Positions 43,032-56,696 of a stretch of DNA of 64,000 nt are shown piece after piece; the stretch's first letter is position 1; every line of letters starts with the position of its first letter. A program made the translations under genes and the position numbers. The stretch is from Eledone cirrhosa (Eukaryota), in assembly GCA_964016885.1 (NCBI GenBank), contig OZ024742.1, positions 48,918,001 to 48,982,000 on the forward strand. The letters are read 5' to 3'. The notes beneath the pieces are model-generated. The model was not told the DNA's origin. It worked only from the letters and a program-made list of their open reading frames with translations, and ran no database searches.

Positions 43032-43142
43032 GTACTCTGATGTGTTTATCAGAGGTAAATAATGTATTGGAGATCGAGTGACGCAACTTCAAGCGATTAG
43101 CGACCTCTAAACTCACCTGATCAATGAAACAATTGTCAGTAC
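43032..43142 (+). ncRNA. Type I hammerhead with very long stem II
   Basis: GTACT-CTGATGT-GTTTATCAG...CTGATCAAT-GAAA-CAATTG-TC-AGTAC; palindromic stem III ACAATTGT; A9 changed to U. Confidence 0.72.
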
Positions 43143-43465
43143 TTAAAATAAAGCCCCTTATTGTACAGCCAACCATGTTACTCTTCATTCTTTCACTATA
43201 TATGTATATATAAATATATATATATATATATATCCAGGGTTTAAACGGTGGTAACCACAGTAAGTAAGGTACTCAATACATAGCAGAGTATACATTTTTA
43301 ATATAGAGATGAGTTCTACAGGACTAGAACTGTTTAATTTGAAGGAATTCATTCTGATGATTTCCTTACCTTTTCCCAATATATATATATGTGTGTGTGT
43401 GTGTGTTTGTGTATATGTATGTGTATATATATATATGTATATATATATATGTATATATATATGTA

Positions 43466-43499
<34 letters not shown>

Positions 43500-43527
43500 C
43501 ATATATATATATACATATATATATACT

Positions 43528-43578
<51 letters not shown>

Positions 43579-43604
43579 GAATATATATATATATACATAT
43601 AATA

Positions 43605-44070
43605 TATTTTAACAAATGGAAACTATATTTATAAAAACATATTTATTTCATTATACATATTTCAAGGGCCACCAGAGCAAACTATGGTGCGCTTTCATCA
43701 GATAAAATATAATATAGGTTATTTTTATAAATAAATATTGACATACCCTTAAAAAATGCAACCATTCTGGTTGGAATCTCCTAGTTGGAATCTCCAGAAT
43801 GGTTGCATTTTTTAAGTGTATGTCAATATTTTTTTAAAGGTATGTCAATATTTATTTATAAAACTAACCTATATTATATTTTATCTAATGAAAGCGCACC
43901 ATTGTTTGCTCTGGTTGTCCTTGAAATATGTATAATGAAATAAATATGGTTTTATAAATATAGTTTCCATTTGTTAATATATTGTATATTTACTCCAATA
44001 ATTTATTGAGTGCTTTATATGAGTTGTAAAAATATTTAGCTTGTTGTATCCCAACAAATTAAATATAACC
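43605..44070 (+). mobile_element. pLTR-like module as a fold-back with hammerheads at 43644-43709 (-, intact core) and 43877-43942 (+, CTAATGA)
   Basis: TATTTTAT-CTGATGA-AAGCGCACCA..TGGTGGCCCTT-GAAA-TATGTA-TA-ATGAAATA; related to 46160-46613 and 54720-54950. Confidence 0.82.
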
Positions 44071-44108
44071 TCTACATATTTACATATATACACACACACA
44101 CAGACACG

Positions 44109-44189
<81 letters not shown>

Positions 44190-44194
<5 letters not shown>

Positions 44195-44535
44195 CATGTA
44201 TGTATATATATACATACTAATGTACGTCTGCGGACATATATGTATGTATGTATACAGACGTACAGTAATATGTATATATATACATGCATGCACACATATA
44301 TATATGCACGTATCGGTTTACAGAACATTTATTATAATGCTCGGTTTGTTTGTTTGTAAACAAACAAACATTCGGGTTGTAAACAAACAAACAATTCGGC
44401 CTCTTTGTTTGTTTACAAACAAACAAACCGGGCATTATAATAAATGTTCGGTAAACCGATACGTGCATATATGTGTGCATGTATGTATACATATACATAC
44501 TACTGTACGTCTGTATACATATATGTATGTACGCA
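44190..44535. repeat. Fold-back of a dispersed repeat also found at 9690-9840 and 21420-21590
   Basis: gtatacagacgtacagta...aacatttattataatgc..ggtttgtttg mirrored around ~44385. Confidence 0.8.
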
Positions 44536-46159
44536 CATACATAGAAAAGGGAAGTAAGGATCCTATACAAAACAGTGGATATAGAGAAAAGATGAAGTTG
44601 GAAATAGCACGGGAGATATATTTAAAGGTCTATTTTTCATTTTTGATTCGTCAAAGTGACATTATTGAAAAGATAGTGTTATTAAAAAGATAATGTTATT
44701 AAATAAAGAGAGACCACTTCTTCTTTTAAAAAAATGTTATGAAGTATATAAAGTATATCAGAAAGTTATCGGTTTCGATGTATTAAAATCCATCTTGTCA
44801 AATGTAGTGTAAAAAAATAAAATCCATCTTGTCAAATGTAGTGTAAAAAATTAAAAAGTGTTGATAGGAGTAAAAAAAGAAAGGTTTAAAATTAAAATCA
44901 AAATCGAATGTTTGAATAATTTTTCTTCCATTCTGCTTCTTGAAAAGGTTGGTTGGAAATGAGAACTATTTGTTATTTTGCTTTTCTTTTGTAAGGGAGG
45001 AGGTTGATTTGAAAAATAAATATGCTGTCAATGTATTGTTTAATCTAGTGGTCAATAGTTTAAAAGGGGACATGGGATTGTAAGAGCTGAATTCTGTGGT
45101 AGGCTGGTATGTGTACACACACACACACACATACACATACACATATGTATATAGAGAGAGTGTGAGGGTGTATATACAACAGTAAACACATGTGAGTGTG
45201 TGCGTATATGCATGTATAAATACGTGTGTGTATGTGTGGGGTTGTTGTGTGAGTTTTTTTGTGCGATTTTTTCAGCCTGTCTGTTAAAGTTACTTTTGTG
45301 GAGGGGAACTAAGAAAGAATTATTTTCTCTCCAAAATTCTGAAAATTGTCAAAAGTTAAGGGCTAAAATCCAAAGGATTCCCGGAATCCAAAAATTAAAA
45401 AATTAAAGAAGTTAAGAAAGTTAAGAAAAGTCTTCCGAAAAACTTCAAAAAATACTTTTCAAACTAAATTTAAAAAAATTTTTTATTTAAAAAATCATTC
45501 TTTAAAAAAATTAAAAGATCTTAAAAAATCTTTTCAAAACGAGACACAGTGCGTGTATATATAAATAAATAAATAAATATATACACAGAGGGAATTAAGT
45601 AACATTTCCTTCTACAGAATTCATAAAATTGTCAAAAGTTAAAGGATAAGAACCAAAGGGTTCTCAGAATACAATAGTTTCTTTAAAGAGAGCCAGAATA
45701 TCAGTGGCAGTAGTTTCTGCAATAGGTAATTTTTTCCCTCTTATATATATAACGAAGGAAATGTGGTAAGGAACCAGATGTACCATAAGGCACCAAATTA
45801 CTCAATACTTAGGGTAGTAGAGTGGGTAAAAGGAACAAGTAGGACTACGACGGCTGAGCTCAAGCCGTTTAGACGGCTAAATCTGGACTCCAGAATTAGC
45901 CGTCGAAACTGCTTGAGCTCAGCTGTCGGGGTCCTACTTGTTCCTATATATATATCCATATCCATATATATATGTAATTGAAAAAGTGGAGAATAACATG
46001 ATGAACAGTACTAAAAAGAGGATTTATTTGCAGTTTAACAATTGTTTCACTGTAAGTGTTGTCTAAAAATTGCTGAACACTAAAAACAGTGCCACTCAAT
46101 TTTAAATACGATGTTACCTCTACTAGGTCATCGGAAAAAAAATATCTATATATCTATAT

Positions 46160-46613
46160 GCAAAAGTTTTATTTAAATTGTTGAGATACAACAAGCAAAT
46201 ATTTTTATAACTGATATAAAGCACTCGACAAATATTTGGAGTAGATATACGATATTAATAAATGGAAACTATATTTATAAAACCATATTTATTTCATTAT
46301 ATATATTTCAAGGATACCAAGTTACATTATGGTATGCCTTCATCAGACAAGATACAATATATAACAGTTTTATAAATAGACATTGACGTACCCCTTTTAA
46401 AAATTGACCGTTGTTTTTGGAGGCCATCAGGATAGTATCCATACTATCCTGATGGCCTCCAAAAACAACGGTACGTCAATGTCTATTTATAAAACTGTTA
46501 TATATTGTATCTTGTCTCATGAAGGCACACCATAATGTAACTTGGTATCCTTGAAATATATATAATGAAATAAATATGGTTTTATAAATATAGTTTCCAT
46601 TTATTAATATCGT
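46160..46613 (-). mobile_element. pLTR-like module as a fold-back with hammerheads at 46290-46354 (-, intact core) and 46508-46572 (+, CTCATGA)
   Basis: TATCTTGT-CTGATGA-AGGCATACCA..TGGTATCCTT-GAAA-TATATA-TA-ATGAAATA. Confidence 0.82.
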
Positions 46614-46623
46614 ATTATATATC

Positions 46624-46654
<31 letters not shown>

Positions 46655-46659
46655 GTGTA

Positions 46660-47440
46660 CACCACCAAATAAGAGGGAAAAAATTACCCATTTCGAAATG
46701 GGGGAGGATTTTAAAGTTGGGGAGGGTCATTCCTGCACAATCTGCAACGTAGCTGCTTAAGGGGATTTTCCTTGTGTTTACTTCTCGGTTTTGTTGGCGA
46801 TGGATGGGCATTCATTTGCGTAATGACAACCCGTCTGTCCTATATAGTTATGTTGACAACCACCAATAGATTAGGTTCTCGGAGTTTCAAGTGTAGTTGT
46901 TTTTCACTGTGAAAGTTTGGCCATCTTTGAACGTGAATGTTGACCCTTCAATTAAGCATAGGCATATTTCACAGTTTGTTCTTCCGCATTTTGTTATCGT
47001 AAGGCTGGAGATAGGTTTGTGTGTCTTTGTTCCTATGAGGATGTGTTTTAGTGATGTTGGTTGCCTTTTGCTTTTGGCGATCTTGTGTGTTTCTAGAATG
47101 TTTTTCATTTTTTCATCTTTAAATAGAAAGGGGAGGTTTTTGTGCAGGAGGTCGAATATTTCGATGTTTCTGGGGTTGAACGTGGATACATATGGTAAGG
47201 TATTGTTTGTGGTGCTGTGCTTTTGGTTGTTGGGTTGATGACATTTGCGTGTTTTGCTTTATCTATACCGTTATTAATTATGTTAAGTGGGAAGGCTCTT
47301 AAGGTAAGTGTGTTTTTGAGTTCATTTAGTCTTTGTTCCCGTTTAGCTGGGTCTGATACTATGGTGCATATACGTTTGGCTAAATTGAAAGGGATGTTAA
47401 GTTTTGTTTGTTTTGGGTGATTTGATGTGAATATAGGACA
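46660..47440 (-). mobile_element. PLE family C, 5'-truncated (RT thumb, Zn linker, deleted endonuclease); Neptune-like
   Basis: FTSNHPKQTKLNIPFNLAKRICTIVSD; LPYVSTFNP; KSKRQPTSLKHIL; KCGRTNCEIC. Confidence 0.8.
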
Positions 47441-47812
47441 AATAAATTTTTTTTTTAATATGGTCTCTCTAATAAAGTAGTATATAGAATACCTATGAAC
47501 TTAACAGCTATGTATAGTTAGGAAATAAAAAAAGTCATATATATATTTATATATATCTACATATATACATATATACATATATATGTCCATACACAATGAG
47601 AAATTGGTTATAGTTTCACTATACTAACAAAAAACATACAAGTTAGTAAGACAACCAAGGGTGGTTTTTTTTTTTGCTTTTGTTATCCTTTTAATATTTT
47701 TTTTCTTTCTTTTCTTTAGAAGAGCATTTCTTTGGAAAAGCTGGAAGAAGTTCATGATCTGCAGAGACAATGTTTGTCTTCCAAGGTAAAACAGGGTTGC
47801 TCCAAAATAGAT

Positions 47813-47976
47813 TTAAATGAGGTCAGCAGCATTCATTGGCATTTCAGCAACTACAGAGTTATAAAAATGTTCGATGTCTCGAAGAGTCCGATATCATCGT
47901 CAGTTACGAAGTTGATAGCAACTCCTTTACGACCAAATCGACCACCTCTGCCAAAACGATGAATATAATTTTCTCT
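47813..47976 (-). pseudogene. EIF4A: eIF4A (DEAD-box helicase) C-terminal pseudogene fragment with a 1-nt frameshift
   Basis: [53 protein letters not shown], matching motif VI and the eIF4A1/2 C-terminus. Confidence 0.93.
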
Positions 47977-48017
47977 GCAGTGTGTGTGTGTGTATATATC
48001 TATATGTATGTATATGA

Positions 48018-48054
<37 letters not shown>

Positions 48055-48377
48055 CATATATACATATATATATATATATCATAATCTATAAAGCTCAGTG
48101 TGTGGTCATGCTCCTTCGTTATAGAAATCTACGATATAAAATTTCTTCAAGTGAAATTTACAATTCACTACTCGAAATAGTTTCGATTGCGTCTTGACGC
48201 AGATAATGTTTTCAATTTCACCCACAATTATGCAAAAAATAGATAAAACTCAATATTATACGATTTTTCTCTCTCATTTAAACTGCTGAACTCTTTCTAC
48301 TACCATTCAAAATCTATACAACTTCATACCCTCTGCTACTTTTTCTTTCCAAGCTTGATGGTGATACTGTCCGTTTA

Positions 48378-48600
48378 CACCACTCCCTACTGTCTTAAAT
48401 TTAGAAAACACATATCCTCTCTGAGGTTACTAAACCTGCTAGAAACAGCAGCTAACTCTCCCCCATATCACACCACTCCCTGCTGTCTTAAATTTAGAAA
48501 ACACATATCCTCTATGAGGTCAGTAAACCTGCTAGAAACAACAGCTAACTCTCCCTCATATCACAACCCTCCTTACTGTCTTAAATTTAGAAAACACACA
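48378..48600. repeat. Tandem repeat, ~93 bp x2.4
   Basis: ctgtcttaaatttagaaaacaca occurs three times. Confidence 0.85.
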
Positions 48601-48894
48601 GACAACCATGCAGAACAACTCCATCGCAGCTCTGTTGTTCGGCTGGCATCGTCTACGCGCGTGTTGCGCAAGTACTGTGAAACAATAAATTTCAACACTT
48701 TTTTGCACAGAGATAATATCCATAGGCGAAACTACAATTGTCACTGCTGGCGCAGCTCATGCTTCCAGGTCTGCAATTCATTCACCCAGTACCTAGCAGA
48801 CAAAAAAGTGCTGCCATAAAAAATTTTTTAAATTTAGTTTGAAAAGTATTTTTTGAAGTTTTTCGGAAGACTTTTCTTAACTTTCTTAACTTCT

Positions 48895-49110
48895 TTGATT
48901 ATAGATGTAGCTAGCCCATTTGAAATAAAAGTGCAAAAAAAAGAAGAGAAAAGTAACCGGTACCAGGATTTAAAATGGGAATTGAAAAGGATTTGGGACT
49001 GTCAGGAGTTCAAGGTCGTGCCCATCCTCATATGATCACTAGGTACTATCTCGAAGAGCTTTCTATGCTGGTTTACGAACATTAGCCACGTCCCTTTTTG
49101 GAACATTCAA
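48895..49110 (+). mobile_element. R4/Dong-type LINE restriction-like endonuclease fragment
   Basis: LIIDVASPF...KEEKSNRYQDLKWELKRIW...VVPILI*SLGTI. Confidence 0.8.
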
Positions 49111-50413
49111 GAAGACTCAAATATACGCTATAAACTATAATTTGAAGTGCTTCACTTTCTCGAAAATTATATTTAGGTGCACAAATTGATACCATAATTA
49201 AAGCATATATATACTTATATAATCATTTGCTACATAGAAACCATATATTCACTTATTCGTCGGGGTTAAGTTTTTTAAAAAAATGGCAGCAAATGGTGGT
49301 CAGTCTGAAGTTTGGCATGTTGAGGGACCGTTCATGTTGAGGGACCGTTCGCGCTACTGAACATTCTGTTGTTGACGCCAGAATTGTAAATAGAACCGTT
49401 ACGAATTGTCGAATTATGCAGATCTGAATTAATTTCCTTTTAAAATCGTTAAATTCTTTGAATAGTCTGATATATAAATGATCATGTAATCCAAACTCTT
49501 CTGTAATCTCTGGTAAATAATTATCTCCTAAAGGTAAAAAGTGAATCTTCTGGATTCAGCATCTAAACCAAATAATTATACATTCTATATAATTATCCAC
49601 CAACGATAAAAAGTTATTTTCTGGAATGTTGGTAATAATTAAATATCTTTCCCACTTAATTAACTTTTTACATTTATCATTGGAATCTATCACATATTCA
49701 ATAAACCTGAATTCCATAATTTTGATCAAACGCTTCTAAAACTTCTCTCTGTGTTCTTTATGTACTTTGCTACTATCACATTGCCATTATCCCATTAAAT
49801 ATTATCTGGCTTGTTGCCTTATGTATTTCACCCTAATATTTCCCTGACTTTTTTTTTGTTTGACTACTAAGAAGATGATAGTCTATATGATTTCCTCATG
49901 TACTTTAATTTGTAAACAATTTCGGTTCTGCAGTTCAAATAGCATTTCACATAACCCAACCACACTTTTCGTCAACAAGTTGAAACTGTAGAGTTTTCTT
50001 ATCACATACTTTCTTTTTCTGGAAAAGATCTTGATGGATTACCGCCCGCTTTTTCAACGTACTCCCAAAGAGCTTTTTAAGATTACTATACTTCCTGTAG
50101 AGGCTATGGGATAGAACAACATCTTTCACAACTAAAACACTACTAATATTCCGGAATTGACAACAAAGTGACTCAATGTATACAATTAACTCATTTTAAT
50201 ATATATAGTCACACCAACTTTGGAGCTAGTCAGGAGCATAACATAAATAGTCCTGTCTCCAAACCCCATGTTTCAAGCAAACAAGAAATTATTTTAAAAC
50301 AGTGCGTTCTTTCTTTTGTTATTTGTAATATTTACATAGATTGTGACTGATATATTTCCCACCGATCAATTAATTAGATAATGGATTAAATAAATATTTC
50401 TGGAAGAAATCTA

Positions 50414-50511
<98 letters not shown>

Positions 50512-51047
50512 GGGGTGGAGCGTAGACGTATAAAAGCCAGTAAATTTAGATTCTGCCTCAACGTTTCTCTGGAACAAAGGAAAGACATTCATTTTTACAA
50601 AATGGCAGTTATCAGTAGGCGTTCACTTCATCCAACGATCCCTTCCTATATTGCGTTATCTCTTAACTGCCCTTGTAAAATTAATTACTCACGTAACTTC
50701 GGATCATGTAATACATAACAAAGTTAAGATTTACTTCCCCAGTTATCATACGCTACAACAATAAATCTTTCCCTCTCCTGTTTAACTTATTCAACCATTA
50801 AAATGCTTCGGTGACGTTTTTTTTGCATGCCACTATTGTTAGATTCGTTGCTAGCAGTGTGCGATAAGATGTTTTCTTTTCTCTATCACACAGATATACT
50901 ACTGTATCAAGCCGAGCAATTACTTACTCAAGTTTATTTCTTATCTGTGTTTATACTAAACTAAATACGAACTTGCTGCTTTCTGTCTGTTGTGTTTCCT
51001 GTGATGTTTAATAAATATTTTTATTGTTTATATATATATATATATTC

Positions 51048-51079
<32 letters not shown>

Positions 51080-51115
51080 TCATATATATTTATATATGAT
51101 TATATATATATATAA

Positions 51116-51198
<83 letters not shown>

Positions 51199-51409
51199 TA
51201 TATACACATATATATATATATATATATATATAGATATAGATATATATTGCCTACCACAATGTTCAATTTGTCAAGCTATTTAAACGTATGTTATTACTCT
51301 AAGGACCTACCTTGCTTTGCTAACTCATTCATATAGTAGGTCGAATTTGCTTGCACACCGCCAAAGATTCGATTTTACTAAGCTTCCAATTATATATATA
51401 TATATATAG

Positions 51410-51549
<140 letters not shown>

Positions 51550-51631
51550 TTCAAGAAATGACAAGACAAACAGGGAGAAGCAAAGAGCGCGAAGTCTTAT
51601 TGGTATCAGGTTAAGGATGAAGTAGAACAGG

Positions 51632-51668
51632 GTTTGATGTTTCAGACATAAATACTTCTTCAGAAAAC
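51632..51668 (-). ncRNA. Minimal hammerhead motif
   Basis: GTTTT-CTGAAGA-AGTAT tt ATGTCT-GAAA-CA-TC-AAAC; stem III ACAT may be a CpG-decayed ACGT. Confidence 0.55.
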
Positions 51669-51700
51669 TAGGAGTTAGGAGAGGGAGAGATAGATAGATA

Positions 51701-51759
<59 letters not shown>

Positions 51760-51771
<12 letters not shown>

Positions 51772-52178
51772 TTGGAACATCGGAGTTAGGAAAAAAGTTT
51801 TTAAAAAGTTTTAAGAGGGCTTAGGTGGTAGTCGAGTAGTTAGGCATCTGGGAATGGGGGCCGATGTGCAGCGAACAGTTGTACCATGGGTGTAGTTATG
51901 TGTGTGAAGCTGGAGTGCATTTCATGCGCATGCATTATTGCTAGTGTATATATATATATTCTAGTCGATCGACTTTCGTCAAATCGGACCGAGGAAACTA
52001 TGTTTCCGTTGGTCTTTCCAATTGCTAATACTATCTATCGGTCGCAACTCCAGGTAGAAGGAGCAACGTGAAATAAAGTGTCTTGCTCAAGGAGATAACG
52101 CATCGCCTGGTTCAGGAATCGAACTCACAACCTCACGATTGTGAATCCAATACTCTAACCACTCAGCCACACGCCTTC

Positions 52179-52255
<77 letters not shown>

Positions 52256-52412
52256 TTTGGAACATCGGAGTTAGGAAAAAAGTTTTAAAAAAGTTTTAAG
52301 AGGGCTTAGGTGGTAGTCGAGTAGTTAGGCATCTGGGAATGGCGGCCGATGTGCAGCGAACAGTTGTACCATGGGTGTAGTTATGTGTGTGAAGCTGGAG
52401 TGCATTTCATGC
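51760..52412 (+). repeat. ~160 bp direct duplication (51768-51928 and 52253-52412), each copy preceded by (TA)n(GA)n
   Basis: gggtttggaacatcggagttagg...ggagtgcatttcatgcg present twice. Confidence 0.9.
52040..52160 (-). mobile_element. Second tRNA-derived SINE family (CORE-like)
   Basis: gtggctgagtggttaga (A box), gagttcgattcc (B box), ccttgagcaagacacttta. Confidence 0.8.
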
Positions 52413-52596
52413 GGATTGGCAGTATTGGTAGAGAGTCAGACGCCATGCTTTCTAGCATAGTTACGTCCCTTTACGATCTGAGTTCAAATCCCGCCGAGGT
52501 TGACTTTGCCTTTCATCCTTACGGGGTCGATAAAATAAAGTACCAGTAATGCACTGGGTAATTGCTGGCCTTGTGCCTAAAGTAGAAACAATTATT
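52410..52596 (+). mobile_element. tRNA-derived SINE, full-length
   Basis: A/B boxes and core gactttgcctttcatccttacggggtcgataaaataaagtaccagt. Confidence 0.9.
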
Positions 52597-52613
52597 GCTA
52601 GTGTGTGTTTGTG

Positions 52614-52656
<43 letters not shown>

Positions 52657-52743
52657 GTACACACACACACAGATATATCTATATATCTATAAAGAGAGAG
52701 GGAGAGAGAGAAAGAGACAGAGAGAGATATATATTATACATAT

Positions 52744-52794
<51 letters not shown>

Positions 52795-53183
52795 TGTCTA
52801 GAGGCTTAGATTCTTGTCTCAAGTGGAGAAAAACACCCCTTCAATAGTTATAAAAAAAAGTCCTTAAAAGGAACGGGGACAAAGAAGGGTGTAATCACAA
52901 GGGTAATAGAAAACCAACCGTTTCAACTCCCCCTAATTTCTTCTTTTCGACATTTGAAAGCAATTCAAAAATTATATCATGTCATTTAGATAAACTTCTG
53001 AACCAAATCTAAACAAAATACAGAAATAAAAACCTCTTCAAAGAAAATGAAACGGTCGCCTGAGTGAGAGTGGGAAATGTTGAACTATGTCACTGAGAGT
53101 AACTAACATTATTTTCAGACGTTTGCGATAAAAACACATCACAAATGTGTAGCTATGTACGTGTGTGTATATTTGTTTGTGTC

Positions 53184-53387
53184 TATTCGAGATTGGGTTC
53201 TAAAGTTCATAGGCTGAATATGAAGCAGTGTTACTAGTCCTGTTAAATCTTGCATGTATTAATTTCAACACTTCTTATTAATAACTGCCTTGTTATTTTC
53301 GACGAACTATGTTGAAAAATAAATCTCATTTCATCATTCCATGAGAATATATTGGTCAGCCTATGAATTTTTCAGCAGACCTTCGTA
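53184..53387. mobile_element. Mariner-type MITE
   Basis: Terminal inverted repeats cgag..aaagttcataggctga / tcagcctatgaattttt..cttcgta. Confidence 0.65.
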
Positions 53388-53879
53388 CATGTATATATAA
53401 TTGTGTACTTGAATGCGAACTGTCGATTGTGAAAAGTTAAAGTGTTCTAACATAAATATTATAGCTATATATCTATTTGTGTGCATGTGTCTGCGTTTAA
53501 GTGTTTGTGTGCATGCATGCATGAATGTGTGAGTTTGAGAGTGAGGTGTTTATAACAATACAAATGTATCGGCAGTAAATAGCAGTGGTAAAAATCAAAC
53601 GGTCAAAAACCTTAGAAAATAAAAGGACTAAAGTGGTCAACCGAGATTCTTAATTGTTCTGAATCATAATTAACCCTTCTGTATCTTAATTAATGAAGTA
53701 ATTGGAGAAATTTACTACAATTATTAATTATTTCATTGTTTTGATGATAACTTAACATCTGATTCTTTCATAAAATTATGGTGAAATATTATAATTTATA
53801 AGAGAACAATTACAAAGAGTGGTTTGTTTCATAGAACCAGATCCGGTCCTGTTCTACTTGGTATACAAATTGATAAATT

Positions 53880-54640
53880 ATAAAGTGAGACATGCAAACA
53901 AGTCAAATTCATGCCAGGAATTTTAATTGTAGATACAAACATCAGCAACGGTAGATATGTAGATGACCCTACCTTAATAAATTTGAACAGAGATTACCTA
54001 CAGAACCTTGTAACTACAGTAAATGACAGAAGAATGTTTTCTGGAAAGAAAATATCTGCAAAGGAAAAAAAATCAATGGTAATCAGTAAGAATCAACATA
54101 GAGATAATATAAATATTACAATTAAAGGAAAACCAATGAACTGACACAAAATATTTTATATCTGGGATATATGTAATCGTAAAAAGGAAATAAGGAACAG
54201 AAATAAAATGAAAGAATGAAATAACCAGAAAGTCAGTTGAAGAACTGTCTAATATACTATCAACAAGAAAAATTAATATTAAAGACAGCAAAAGAGATTA
54301 TCAAAATGTTATGATTGGTCTATTCTACGCTTTGAAGATGGACAATTGACTTGAATAAAGGTTTCTTCAAACAAATTAGAAATAGTTTAGATGTCGTCTT
54401 TTTAGTATAAAACATAATACTAAAATGTTTTGATTGGTCTATTCTATGCTTTGAAGATGGACTTGAATAAAGGTTCCTCAAACAAATTAGAAATGTTTTA
54501 GATGTCTTATAGACAAACTTTTAGTATAAGGTGAAGAGTACAGAGCCGTATAGACCCGATTGCAGCAAGGCATAGGAAGAAGAGAGTCTGATAGACAACA
54601 TTTCAAAACATGGACAGAAGAGAAAATCAATAATGCAGTA
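53880..54640 (+). mobile_element. RTE LINE RT fragment
   Basis: ISNGRYVDDPTLI..LQNLV..SMVISK..ITIKG matches INNLRYADDT; internal duplication at ~54300/54420. Confidence 0.72.
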
Positions 54641-54757
54641 TTGACACTGAAAATGACATACTGTAAGTTAATTTTAATAGGCAATATCAACTTTTTAAAT
54701 GGAAGTTGAAGTTGTAAGGTATGTCAAATCTATCTATTTATAAGACTGTTTATATTG

Positions 54758-54823
54758 TATTTTGTCTGATGAAGGCATACCATATTTTTAATATGATATC
54801 CCTGAAATATATATAATGAAATA
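54758..54823 (+). ncRNA. Type I hammerhead in a solo pLTR-like module (54720-54950)
   Basis: TATTTTGT-CTGATGA-AGG..CCT-GAAA-TATATA-TA-ATGAAATA. Confidence 0.8.
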
Positions 54824-54949
54824 AATATGGTTTTATAAATATAGTTTCCATTTATTTAATATCGTAAATATACTCCAAATACTTGTTGAGTGCTTTTATA
54901 TCAGTTATAAATATTTACTCGTTGTAACCCAACAATTTAAATAAAACTT

Positions 54950-55032
<83 letters not shown>

Positions 55033-55137
55033 GGCTTTCTCAATATTTATCTATAAACGTACCGTATTTATTTAGCAATAAGAAATTCCAATACGTATCT
55101 GCATACAGTTATACATGAAGCTAAATCCTAATTCTAT

Positions 55138-55275
<138 letters not shown>

Positions 55276-55787
55276 TTGTTTCCGAAAAAGACGGTATGAT
55301 CGAACCCATATATTGTCTTTAGTAAAACTGCTACATATCAGTCAATATATCCATATGGTCAATCCTCCAAAACGATCCTAAAACAATGAATGGGATATGT
55401 ATAATAAGTTAACTTTGTTATAATTGTTAAAAAAAATATTGTATAATATATCAGTCTCTGTATCTAAAAATTGACTCAGCCAAATAAAAGCCTATGAATT
55501 ACGTACCTAACATCCAACGGAACCAATCACAGTACCTCATTGAATTACATTCTGACCGACTGCATTGAGTTCTAACTACGGTATCGACCCTACCGCAAAG
55601 GGTAGACTACATTATATATATATATATATAATAAAAGTATGTGTTCCTACATGTAAATAATACACATAGGGATGCAAGTATAGTCCGACCGTATGCAAGT
55701 GTGGTTCAATGGTAAGTTAATAAATTAATAAGCCAGAACATATAAAGTCAAGGGAAAGCAAATAAATTCACTCTACTTACTATATGT

Positions 55788-55869
55788 ACCTTTACCGCGG
55801 TTTCAGATCTCAAAACAAATAGATAATCCAAGCGGATTTCTATTGAGAAAGAAATCCTCGTCAGAAGGC
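55788..55869 (-). ncRNA. Type I hammerhead with long stem II
   Basis: GCCTT-CTGACGA-GGATTTC...GAGATCT-GAAA-CCGCGG-TA-AAGGT; palindromic stem III ACCGCGGT. Confidence 0.83.
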
Positions 55870-55938
55870 TTTTCTCTCTCGGAGAATATAAGATTCACGA
55901 GTTCAAAATACAAACTCGCGCCATACAAAACTGCCCCA

Positions 55939-55969
<31 letters not shown>

Positions 55970-56524
55970 CAGTATATATATATATATGAAATTAAGAACG
56001 AGTGAGAGAGACAGAGAGAGTCTATTCGCTTTATAAGTCGCTCCATTAAGCTCCAGTCAAACCTGCAGAACCAATACCTCTACCGATCTACTCCGGACTT
56101 TCTCGTCATCACACTTACCACTAAGCTTAGTCATTTATATCATTTACATCGACCCTGTAGAATACCTTCCCACTCCATTTCATTCCAAAATGATTCGACA
56201 TGCAACCACTTAAAGGAAACATCAAAAGTATCGATCGCTCCGGTTTCGGTCGGTTTCTGAATGCCAGAAACACTGCCTCTCCTACCAAACACAGCAATTA
56301 AATGAAGTAAAAAACAGTGTAACAACCAAGTAACGTAAGAGAAATTTGATAAGACCGACGAAGCCCACATAGTCTTGTAGCTTTCAAGACACGTTTAGAT
56401 ACAACTACTGACAAATGCTTACACAAAGTGCTTATTATACACGCACACACACATACATATATATAAATATATATATATTTGTGTGTGCGTGTATAATAAG
56501 CATGTATTATACACACACACACAC

Positions 56525-56582
<58 letters not shown>

Positions 56583-56644
56583 AAGAGGGTATGGTAAGAT
56601 ACCAGGTGGACCATAACGCACCAGAGTACTCATTACTTAGAGTA

Positions 56645-56696
<52 letters not shown>

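Noticed and set aside
46045-46105. Minus-strand GAAACAATTGTT preceded by a hairpin
   Set aside because: No recognisable CUGANGA or stem I
52085-52160. tRNA gene
   Set aside because: The tRNA-like head runs into a SINE core, with no proper acceptor stem or terminator
56235-56290. GAAACCGG with an upstream hairpin on the minus strand
   Set aside because: Core and UH site are absent
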